From the NCBI GenBank assembly GCA_951406725.2, contig OX597823.1:44330001-44394000 (forward strand): DNA of 64,000 bases. Reading direction: 5' to 3'. Under the pieces are notes generated by a model. It did not search any database. It was not told the origin of the DNA and worked only from the letters and a program-made list of their open reading frames with translations. Source of the stretch: Octopus vulgaris (taxonomy: Eukaryota). Shown one piece after another: positions 25,724-37,034 of the stretch. The stretch's first letter is position 1, and each line of letters opens with the position of its first letter. Both the position numbers and the translations under genes were made by a program.

Positions 25724-26089
25724 TGTTAGGCCTTCTCATGTAAACGCAAGCTTTCTCATGCCTTGAACATAAGACCAAAGCAGAGAATGTATTCTTTTAT
25801 TCTTCTGCTTTTTCCAGCCATTGGTCTGTGGCCATGCTGGGGCAATGCCTTGAAGAATTGTAGTTTAATGAATCAACTCCAGTTTTATTTTTGTAAGCAT
25901 TGTACTTATTCTATCTGTTTCCTTTGTCAAACCACTAGGTGACAGGGATGTAAACAAACCAACATTCGTTGTCAAGCAGTGGTGGAGGACAATCACAAGC
26001 ACAGACACGCACACACACACACATACATGCATACACATATACACACATACATACATACATACATATATATATATGTGTGTATATATATA

Positions 26090-26411
26090 TTGCAGCGTGG
26101 AAGGTGTTTGTAAGCCATTTAAGAAACACACAAAAAGCGTTACATTCACTTCAACATTTAAATTTAATTTGCCAAAATATTTTCGTCGCTTTGAGACCGC
26201 GACCTGTTCACTGACAAAAATATCGTGCTAACAGGTCGCAGTCTCAAAGCGACGAAAATATTTTGACAAATTAAATTTAAATGTTGAAGTGAATCTAACG
26301 GTTTTTGTGTGTTTCTTAAATGGCTTATAAACACCTTCAAAGCTGCAACTGTTTTCGTTCCAGCACACGATCTCAGATCAAGTCACTTGCTATGCAAGTA
26401 CATCTCTGTAA
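26090..26411. mobile_element. Foldback element (119-bp arms, 21-nt spacer, ~60-nt tail); probable inverted Penelope pLTR pair; duplicated at 28268-28590
   Basis: 26090-26208 is the reverse complement of 26230-26348; (TA)n on both sides; contains a hammerhead-like motif. Confidence 0.8.
26168..26218 (-). ncRNA. Variant type-I hammerhead motif with G3-C8 core (second copy 28346-28396)
   Basis: TTTGTCA-GTGAACA-G-GTCGC ggtctcaaa GCGAC-GAA-AATATT-T-TGGCAAA. Confidence 0.6.
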
Positions 26412-26512
26412 CTATATATATATTTATATATATATATATATATGTATATTGGTAAAAACAGTAAGATAACAAAAGAAAGAAAGAGACCTCAATATTATGT
26501 AAATAGAGGAAA

Positions 26513-26906
26513 TCTTTATATATAAAAGTGAGGTTGTGTGTCTGTCTCCTACGATTTAGATTCCTAACTACTCCCACATTTTGCGGTGCAGTTTAACCAA
26601 AACCGGGTATCTTATAGTCGTGATTCATATCGAGACCGTCTGGGTATTAGCGCGCGTCTACGATGAGTCTACAATTTAAAAAAAATTTACCATCAATTTT
26701 TCCCATTTTTAATCCATTTTTGACATATATAAGGGAAGTAACTCTCTAAAATTTATTATTAAATCTCAGAACGTAAAAAGCTACAGTAACACCCCTCCCC
26801 CTTTGTGGTTAGCCATATTGAGATGGCTATTATACTTTACATCTCTAAAAATGCTTATATAATTATTTCCCTTACAAACCCGAGCAACGCCGGGCGATAC
26901 TGCTAG
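26513..26906 (+). mobile_element. Non-autonomous Helitron
   Basis: A|TC 5' end, subterminal hairpin CCCGAGCAACGCCGGG, CTAG|T 3' end, no TSD. Confidence 0.88.
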
Positions 26907-27523
26907 TATATATATATACATATATATGTATATATACACATACATATATGTATATATATATCTATATATATGTATATATACACATACATGTATATATATA
27001 TATATATACATATATATGTATATATATATATATATATGTATATATACACATACATGTATATATATATATATATACATATATATGTATATATATATATATA
27101 TATGTATATATACACATACGTATATATACACATACATATATCTCTTATTATAAAAGGCAGATTTTATCTGCCTCCCTTTGGGAGTTATACAAATCTACAA
27201 TATAGGATTTCTTCAATTACAATTTACCTTGCATTTTTTAAGAGTACAATGCATCGCGTCATGCCAGGTCCAGTTTTTAAAATTTAAACTCCAGTTAAGC
27301 AAAATTTACAGAAAACTCACATTCTGGTGTGTGTGTCAAATGCTTTTCTTAGTCTGGTTTACAGCACACGCAAACGCACACACACAGTGGGCAACGAATA
27401 AAATGAAAGTAATTGACTTACTGTAGTGAGTGATTCTTTCACTCTGCCTCCCACTTCCTCTTTCCACACAGACACGCAAATATATAAATAAAATTGTAAG
27501 CTAACGTGCGTGTGTGTGAGTGG

Positions 27524-27555
<32 letters not shown>

Positions 27556-28688
27556 GGGTGCGTGTGTGTGTGTGTGTGTGCGTGTGCGTGAGTGTGTTAC
27601 AGGAAAGTTTTTTACGACGAATATAAGTAGCAGAAAGATAAGACAGTAAGGTGTGATTTGAGGGAGATTTGGCTGCTATTTCTACCATGTCTAGCTGCCA
27701 TGTAGGGGTCTCCCTCATAGGCTCATACATACATATATACATAGATAAGACAGTAAGGTGTGATTTGGGGGAAATTTGGCTGCTATTTCTACCAGGTCTA
27801 GCTACCATGTAGAGGTCCTCCTCATTGGCTCATATATATATACATACATAAGACAGTAAGGTGTGATTTGAGGGACATTTGGCTGCTGTTTCTACCAGGT
27901 CTGTTAGGCCTTCTCATGTAAACGCAAGCTTTCTCATGCCTTGAACATAAGACCAAAGCAGAGAATGTATTCTTTTATTCTTCTGCTTTTTCCAGCCATT
28001 GGTCTGTGGCCATGCTGGGGCAATGCCTTGAAGAATTGTAGTTTAATGAATCAACTCCAGTTTTATTTTTGTAAGCATTGTACTTATTCTATCTGTTTCC
28101 TTTGTCAAACCACTAGGTGACAGGGATGTAAACAAACCAACATTCGTTGTCAAGCAGTGGTGGAGGACAATCACAAGCACAGACACGCACACACACACAC
28201 ATACATGCATACACATATACACACATACATACATACATACATATATATATATGTGTGTATATATATATTGCAGCGTGGAAGGTGTTTGTAAGCCATTTAA
28301 GAAACACACAAAAAGCGTTACATTCACTTCAACATTTAAATTTAATTTGCCAAAATATTTTCGTCGCTTTGAGACCGCGACCTGTTCACTGACAAAAATA
28401 TCGTGCTAACAGGTCGCGGTCTCAAAGCGACAAAAATATTTTGACAAATTAAATTTAAATGTTGAAGTGAATCTAACGGTTTTTGTGTGTTTCTTAAATG
28501 GCTTATAAACACCTTCAAAGCTGCAACTGTTTTCGTTCCAGCACACGATCTCAGATCAAGTCACTTGCTATGCAAGTACATCTCTGTAACTATTTATATA
28601 TTTATATATATATATATATGTATATTGGTAAAAACAGTAAGATAACAAAAGAAAGAAAGAGACCTCAATATTATGTAAATAGAGGAAA

Positions 28689-29072
28689 TCTTTATATATA
28701 AAAGTGAGGTTGTGTGTCTGTCTCCTACGATTTAGATTCCTAACTACTCCCACATTTTGCGGTGCAGTTTAACCAAAACCAGGTATCTTATAGTCATGAT
28801 TCATATCGAGACCGTCTGGGTATTAGCGCGCGTCTACGATGAGTCTACGATTTAAAAAAAAAATTACCATCAATTTTTCCCATTTTTGACATATATAAGG
28901 GAAGTAACTCTCTAAAATTTATTATTAAATCTCAGAACGTAAAAAGCTACAGTAACACCCCTCCCCCTTTGTGGTTAGCCATATTGAGATGGCTATTATA
29001 CTTTACATCTCTAAAAATGCTTATATAATTATTTCCCTTACAAACCCGAGCAACGCCGGGCGATACTGCTAG
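28689..29072 (+). mobile_element. Non-autonomous Helitron (same family)
   Basis: Same termini and body as 26513-26906, with a small internal deletion. Confidence 0.88.
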
Positions 29073-29106
29073 TGTATATATATATATATGTATATATACA
29101 CATACA

Positions 29107-29148
<42 letters not shown>

Positions 29149-29161
29149 CATACATATATGT

Positions 29162-29192
<31 letters not shown>

Positions 29193-29825
29193 CATACATA
29201 TATGTATATATACACATACATATATGTATATATACACATACATATATGTATATATACACATACATATATACCTTCTCTCTCTTTTCATCTGTCCCTTTCT
29301 CTTGTCTTTTGTTCTCACGTGACCGCTAGCCGCTGTTGAACGCTCTTTTCGTTCCAGCAGCCGTTGAAGCAACACGTACTTGTTCGTCTCCCTGTGGCCA
29401 TTAGGCACAACTTCATAAGCTAGCCCCATGCTCAATTCGTCCTGTCGAAAGACCCTTGTCCTACGTCCTGGTTTTGTTTTGTTGTTTATTCTTTATACTT
29501 TATTTTTACCGTTATTGTTTTACGTTTTTGTATTCTTATTGTTGTCACGTATTCTGTATTTTTGTTCGTGTACTTCGTTCGTTTTCCGTCCTCGTGTTGT
29601 ATACATTCGAAGCTTTCTTCCAGGGGATCTGATGCACTTGGCTTAGATTTCCCGTGGCGGGCTGGCCATATCGGAGCAATCTCAAGATTAATCAGCCGAA
29701 ATTGCTAAGATGATCTGGTTCTTGACTGATGACTGAGGGCTTCGAATGTCCCGTCCTGTGGTTCTTGTGTCGTCTCTGTGGCGTTTCATGTTCTTGTCCA
29801 TGTCTGTAATTATTTTTACTGTTTA

Positions 29826-29863
<38 letters not shown>

Positions 29864-30419
29864 TATGTATATATACACATACATATATATGTATATATAC
29901 ACACACACACATAGATATATACATATGTATATATACACATAAGCACCAGTCAAACGTTACCGTTACCAGCATTGCCTTACTGGCACGTGAAAAAAACATT
30001 CGAGCGAGGTCGTTGCCATTGTTGCTGGACTGGCTCCTGTGCAGGTGGCATGTAAAAAACACCATTTGAACATGGCTGTTGCCAGTACCTCCTGACTGAC
30101 ACATAAAAGTACCCACTACACTCTCGAAGTGGTTGGTGTTAGGAAGGGCATCCAGTTGTGGAAATTCTGCCAGATCAGTTTGGAGCCTGGTGCAGCCATC
30201 TTGTTCGCCAGTCTTCAGTCAAATCGTCCAATCCATGCTAGCATGGAAAGTGGACATTAAACGATGATAATGATTATGATATATATATATATATATATAC
30301 ACATACACACATTTATATACACACATATATACATATATATATATATATACATATATTCTTTTATATGTTTCAGCCCAATGACTGTGGCCATGCTGGAGCA
30401 CCACCATTGTGATCATCTT

Positions 30420-30612
30420 TCCACTCTCCACTTTTGTTGGAGCGTCTTTAGGTGAAGGATGGAGTTCAATGTTACTGCCCTCTTTTGAGTTTCCTGCCTA
30501 GATATTGGCTCATCTGGGATCTCGGTGAGCCGGAGGTGAAGTTCATGTTTGAAAATGTCTACATCCACTCCATGGAGGCTCCTCAGATGCTTTGGCAGAC
30601 AGTTAAACAGCA
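30420..30612 (-). mobile_element. 3' coding end of a CR1/L2-like LINE (related copy 46700-46960 on +)
   Basis: LFNCLPKHLRSLHGVDVDIFKHEL...IPDEP...NSILH, a typical LINE ORF2 C-terminus. Confidence 0.65.
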
Positions 30613-31339
30613 AGTTAACATTTTCAGCTCTTCAATCAATAAAAAGCAAACAACGAAACAGACTGGATTTTACACACGATATGAGGGTTGCTTTATCCAG
30701 AACCCAGCTAAATATAGACAAGTTGGTAAAGCTAAAGCAAATACAGCAGTCACATTAATCCTTCTTTTGAACAGGTTTAATTTTTCCTTAATACATCTAT
30801 CAAATATTATCCTATCTTCTATGGTTTTCAGCAAATATATATGCGAATTAAGGAAAGAATCGGAAAAAATACACAAAGAATTAAGTACTATGTCAATGCC
30901 GATGGTCCTTTTCTTATATTGGACCTTACTTGCTACCAAACTTAATATTTGTAAAAATGGGTTTGAAAGCATAAATTATTAATGAATAATTAAAGTTTGG
31001 TAAAGTTAACTGTGGCCCTACTTCATGGCCTAAAAGGAAACAAAATATTAATTTTTTCATATCATTTTGCCAACATCTGGTGTCATGTTAGTGTCATTAT
31101 TGTTATTTTATGCTTGCATCTAACATTTATATTTAATGGCATTATTGAGGTTTTGTGTATTCAACTACTTAAACCTAATAGTAGAATAATTGCAGAACTT
31201 TTTCATTTGATTAATCTCTTATTCCTGCCAAAATAGGCCAGGAACTGCGAGGCCTCCCAAAAATGGCCAGAGGACCACAAAGCAAAAATTTTGGAAAAGG
31301 TTGAAAACCACTGTACTAGCCTAAGGAATATCCTACCCA

Positions 31340-32700
31340 CACACGTTTCTATATTGAGCAAGATGTGGGGTGGAAACCAAATGATGTTTCTGCAGTGCTT
31401 CCTTCTGTGGCTGTTAGGACCCAGCTAGTGCCTTGTTATAGTAGGGTGTTACTGAGTCAAAAATCTCCTGGCTACAGAAAAGGTTCATGGTCATCTTGCT
31501 GACATCCTTCACCAGGTTTCTGAATACATTGGGTGGGTGGGTGGGTGGGTGGGTGGCAGGAAGCTGTGTTGATATACGTCATCCTCTCATTTGGCTTGCA
31601 GTAGGGGCTGTATGTACCAGAGCTCAAATCAAGCATGACATCTAAGAAGTCCAGAGTGGTGAGATTGGTCTCGATAGTAATTTTCTGTCCCATAGAGCCA
31701 TGGGTGCTAATCAGATCTTTCCTAAGCCTATCTAGAGATGGCCAGGGCATCATCTCTATAGAGGCCAAAGAGGACAGAGGAGAATTTCATCTTTAGGACA
31801 TCAAGGATATACAACCTGATGCGGTCACATATACCAGTGCTGTCATAGGCCCCCATCACTATGTTGAAAGAACCCACGGAGTTGAATTGCTTGACCCAGG
31901 TCTGACCTTTATTGAACAGCATTGTTTTCCTGGCATGCATAATGACATCTGTGTCCCTGTTGTTAATGTCAGTGAAGCCTCTAGCAAAGGAAAGTGTCTT
32001 GACCAGTAACCCTTTTGATACAAAGAGGTGAAAATTGACTGTCGAACTGTGAGCCTTGCTCTGCCTCTCCCCTATGATGTTGCTAGAGCAACATCATAGA
32101 GAGAGGTTGGTGGTTCTCTTTATGTTGTTTTTTGATGTTCCTCAGAATGTGTTTGCTCACCAGACTGATCTCGGATTTGGCTGGGTTCATCAGGTGACAT
32201 TTGGAGCTCAAGGCAATGTTTGGTTTATGGTCTGTGATAGTAATAAAGGCATTCCTTTTAGCTAAAATCTCTACCGTATCTGCTATATCAAAGTTGGCTA
32301 ATTGTTTAGCTTCACTATTGAAGTTGTATGTGTGTGGAGAGGCGCACCTATAGTTTTGTGTAATATTGTTTTCTGGCAGCCTGTCAAAAGTATGGGTGTC
32401 TATCCTATATACGTTTTAGTCTTATCTGAAAGATTAGGGACCTGTCAGAATTTTTTTTTTTTTTTGTAGTCTAATGTCGACACGAAGTTTACATTTGAAA
32501 GAGTAAGAGGACTTAGGGAAGTTTAGCCTAGGAATGATGGTCAGCTAGTCTGCTTTGAAGGGCTCGAGGTCCTTGACCCTGGGTGGGTACGTCGTAGATT
32601 TAATCACGTATGTGTTGTTCTCCGAGGAGGGTGTGGTTAGGTCGTAGTAGAAAGCTTTCCATCGCAATCGCCTTATTAAGTCCACTTTTTGTACAGCTCG
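31340..32700 (-). mobile_element. Decayed Penelope-like element, reverse transcriptase
   Basis: MGAYDSTGICD, GLYRDDALAI, TLDFLDVMLDL, YSPYCKPN, YINTASCHP and IIWFPP across frames. Confidence 0.88.
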
Positions 32701-34820
32701 TTAGACGACGTAGAAATGTTATTAGTGGAGTAGCAGAGATCAAAACGTTCCATATTTTGGAGAGACTAAGTGGTGGCCTGCCGGACGTAGTTTATTGAAA
32801 CTGAATTCTATTCCTGTTATTAAAGTTTCATATCACAGCAATGATTATCAGGCATGAAATTCGGACTCACAAGATAGTTTAAATAAATCTTATACTTTAC
32901 ATCACGTATTGAGTAATTTCTAGCTTACTCGTCGACAAAAAGTAAAGCCTTCATATGCTATATTAAATTCAAACCTGCAACCAGTTTGATTCTTTTCATC
33001 AGTTTGTTGTTAACCATAACATTAAAATGAATAGAAAGACAGATGTGAGAACAATCTTGCGAACAGCAGAAAACTATAAGTATTACAAAACGATTTAAGA
33101 GGCGAAGTATTGTATACAGCATATTCTCATTTTTCGTCTTGGTTGAGAAAAAACAAAAACCAGTTAATTCCTCAGTATTGTTAACTTTGAATAAAGAAGT
33201 AGTAGCGATGATGATGCTAGTAGTGATAGTAGTAGTAGTGTTATATCTCCGATATTACAAAATAACACCCGCACCGCAATTCTACATATAATAAAACAGG
33301 AGAAAAGATCGAACTAGTCACATTTTGTGTCGCCAAATAAAAATAATTCATTGAAAGAGGGGAATAAATTCTGTGTGCGGCTTAGCATATTGTTAAGTGT
33401 ACTGCATAGAATTTTTAAGAGTTGTTACACATTGCAACATACATTTATTAAACGAGCTTTATTATTTAACACAACTATTTATAAAACAATTAATTCATTT
33501 GAAGAAATTCCATTTCTCCCGAGCATAAAATTCATTTGAATTATTTACTCTAAACATAGTTACGTTAGAAATGTGGTCGATTAGTAAATATGTTCGAATG
33601 CATAGCAACTATATCAATTCCATACTGTAAAATATTTATTTATTATCAATATCTAGTGCACGTGGCAATCTTTCATTGCAGTCTACCGAGAATTGTATTA
33701 ACCATGTTAATTTACATACGCGCACGCTATATAAATAAATGGATATGTGTGGGTATGAACGATAGAGATCAAAAAGGATATTCAATGTTATAAAAAGATT
33801 TAGAATTCATTGGAAGCTGTATCATCCCAAGTTGTTACTGCACGTTTTCCGTCGTCGATATTCAGCAGAATATTATTGATACATTTCTGTTTACAAACGT
33901 GATAAAATAATTTTTTTGTTTTATGTACTCAATAAATATATATTAGAGTTTGAATTTTTCCTAAATATTTAAAGTTATTATACTGATACTGTTCAGATTT
34001 TCGCGTCACGATAAGTTACAAGTAATTAGCTATGACGCTAAACTGCGAGTAGCAAGTTGTGATATGTCAGATTTAAATAGATAAACATTATTGACATGTT
34101 GTTTTATTATTACCCACAAGGGGCGAACACAGATGGGACAATACATTCTGATGATGGGGTCAGACAAACGAATGGGTTTTTACAATAAATCGGGTTTATT
34201 TGTTTATTTGTGTAACTATTTCTATACATGCACTAACATACGCGTACGTACATGCGTTATTAAAGTACACATGCACGAAGGCCGACTCACGTGTGTTTAC
34301 TTTTTAATTTTGTGATAATTGTAAATTGTGTGTATAGGTACACCTCTTAAAATTGGCGAGAGATTTATCAACAATATTCATATGCAATTTTTTATGTTCC
34401 ACATCAACAACTTTTATTGCCTCTTAATGCAAAATTTCCCTCCCCACTATACAAATAAATAAATAAATTTAAAAAGGAAAGCAAATGTGTAAGCAATAAA
34501 AAAAAAATCGTGTAACGTAAGTGTTGCGTCAGATTATTTTGCGTAGTAGACAAATTGAAGTAAATTAACACCAGTTCATTCTTTGTTGTTACTTATTTTC
34601 CCTGTTTTAATTTTCTGGCTTAATATAGCCGTAATCAGATTCAACGTTTTTTTAACATCATATGAACACATTGTTAAACTGATATGATAAGTCATATCGA
34701 TACCTTTATCATTTATTTGTAAATCAATTTGGAGTTTTGTCTACACCGAAGTGATAACGCGAAAAAAAAGATAAAGCAAAACAGGATCAAATATATTATA
34801 GATAAAATGTATGGACTCAC

Positions 34821-35050
34821 CTGAAAGAAAAGAAATAACCGATGCTGAATGAGATAATTATGTAATAATAGAACAGTTTCTTCTATAAGCAGTAAAGAAA
34901 GAGAGAGAGAGAAAGAAGTCTACTAATAATAATGGAACGGAGCGAACTTTCAGAGTTACCTGCTCCTGTATAATGAGTCTGTTAAGGGTGACACGCATTC
35001 TGTTGCAAGCATTCGTCGTTGCGTTTGAATTGGCGTGTTTGGGAAGCGAA
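34821..35050 (-). promoter_or_regulatory. Candidate non-coding first exon / promoter region of the CPS gene
   Basis: Consensus minus-strand donor CAG|GTGAGT at 34821/34820 in unique, CpG-containing sequence upstream of coding exon 1. Alternative donors lie near 32929 and 34960. The upstream boundary is a guess. Confidence 0.25.
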
Positions 35051-35153
35051 GGTTAAATAAACTAATATGCATACATAAATACTTATGGGAGAAGTATTTG
35101 GTTTGCACGATTCTTTATGAGTTCGCGTGTTGAAGCATATTCTGTTGTGTCTG

Positions 35154-35316
35154 GGGAGAGTCATTTTCTTTTTGTGCCTTATAATGTAACACACTCACCG
35201 GTAAAATTTCCATTTAGTTCTTATTTTTATTTTCCTAAAATTTTCGTTGCGTCTTGCAGGAAATTTTACGGGTGAGTGTGTTACATTATAAGGCACAAAA
35301 AGAAAATTACTCTCCC
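35154..35316. repeat. Short foldback element (58-bp arms)
   Basis: 35154-35211 is an imperfect reverse complement of 35259-35316; the spacer holds the 3' half of a hammerhead-like motif on the minus strand. Confidence 0.8.
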
Positions 35317-35637
35317 TTCTCGTTATATGGAAATCGTTTTCATTATTTCCACTTGGGTGATGCAATAGTTGAGACATTAGCCATCACTCGCAAACAGATA
35401 TTCCCGGTAAGATGTGCTCTATTTACTATTTGTTTTCATTCAATCAACACCAGAACATAACTAGTACTCATTTTCATTTGATTTGACAGGAGCAGACTGG
35501 AATAACGTGAAGTGAAATACCTTTCTTAGGGACACAACGTGCACACCGGAACAAGAATTGTACTCACGACCCTATGGTCATGAGTTGAACACCTTAACTA
35601 TAGGACCAGGCGAACGATTTTAGAGCACATTTTAATA

Positions 35638-35947
35638 CACCTTCACCTCGACTTACGACCATCCGTACTTACGATCACAAAAAAATAAATAAATACAAAA
35701 ATAGATAAATAAATAGATCGATTTTCGGACGTCGGACAGCTGCACGTACGATAACTATGGCAGTATCTGGCAACGCAGGCCTCCCTCAGACCCAGACATT
35801 TACTGCCTGCCGCTGTCTCTTAGTCGCTTTCAAGCATCAGTTGCGTGAATGAAAATAGTATTGAAACATATAAATCCGACAGAGGACCAGATCGACTTAC
35901 GACCTCTCAGTCGGAACGGAACTCGGTCATAAGTCGAGGAGAAGGTG
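35638..35947. mobile_element. Pogo/Tigger-like MITE
   Basis: TIRs CACCTTCACCTCGACTTACGACC and GGTCATAAGTCGAGGAGAAGGTG with TA on both sides. Confidence 0.85.
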
Positions 35948-37034
35948 TAATTAGTTTCACAGTCTATGTTATTACGAGTTCAAAATCCACTTCGGTCAAG
36001 TTTAACTTTCATCACACTAACATTCAAGAAAGACGGTTCTGCGATTTCTTGCTGAATAACCTACTCAAATGATTTGTTTATTATAGTAATCAAATGCTTG
36101 TGCTGTACATCAGTTCACTCCCTCCATCAAATCAACGTTACCTGAGCAAGTGCACAGAATACCTGAAATTGAAGTGATCGCAGAGCAACGTGAGATGAGG
36201 TGTTTTGCACCAGAACACAACGCACCGCTCTGTTCGGGAACTGAAACTACGATCTCGCGATCGTGGACATCACAGTAATCGTGCCGATTTAAATAACTAT
36301 ACTGCTTTCTAAGTTTATGCCTGTATGCTAATCTAAGAATGACCGACACAATTTCAACAACGACACCATCTTTTCTGTTGCAACGGACTAATGTGTGTGT
36401 ATGTGAGAGAGAGAGTGTGAGTGTGAACAAAAAAAAAAGACGGATGAACTTAGTGCAGGTTCAACGACTATCTAACAATAGAACGGGCTCTTAGAAATTC
36501 CCGGTTGGTGGAAGACAACTGGGAGTAAGGCACCCTTTAGCTTTTGTTTGAGCATGTCTCAACGAGAAGATCACTGATATAAAACCAGATATGCAGAGTA
36601 TGGCATCGAACATTTTGACGATCATTAATTTGAGCTTGAGAACATGGTGCTCCTACATTCCTGAGTGTGCAACCTATATTAGCGTTAGATATTTTGTCTC
36701 GGCTTGTCTCTGGATATGTCGATGGGGTAGAGAGGGTCTATGGGGTAGAGAGGGTCTATGGGGTATTGTACAAGCCTTATTGGGCCTAAAATTTTGCTGA
36801 CGTTTTTGCATGGGCATTACTGCTTTAATTTTTTAAACTTAACACTGTGCCGATGAGAAGGTGGCGAAGCTTGCAGACCTGACGGGTTGGAAGCAGGACT
36901 TTGCCTTTCATCCTTTCGGGGTCGATAAATTAAGTACCAGTTACGCACTGGGGTCGATGTAATCGACTTAATACCTATGTCTGTCCTCGTTTGTCCCCTG
37001 TGTTTAGCCCCTTGTGGGTAATAAAGAAATAAGT

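Larger units (their letters stand above)
24738..29072 (+). repeat. Near-identical tandem duplication: 24738-26906 and 27141-29072
   Basis: Same component order and identical ORFs in both units (e.g. 25865..26149 = 28043..28327). The units are separated and flanked by (TA)n/TACACATACATATATG microsatellite. Confidence 0.95.

Noticed and set aside
26781-27287. Many overlapping ORFs rich in YI, HT, VC or ER dipeptides (also at 29, 41, 46-48 and 53 kb)
   Set aside because: They are translations of stop-free microsatellites.
30452-30982. 176-aa ORF on + and 100-aa ORF on -
   Set aside because: No recognisable domain; partly antisense to a LINE fragment, and the remainder is AT-rich with no splice support.
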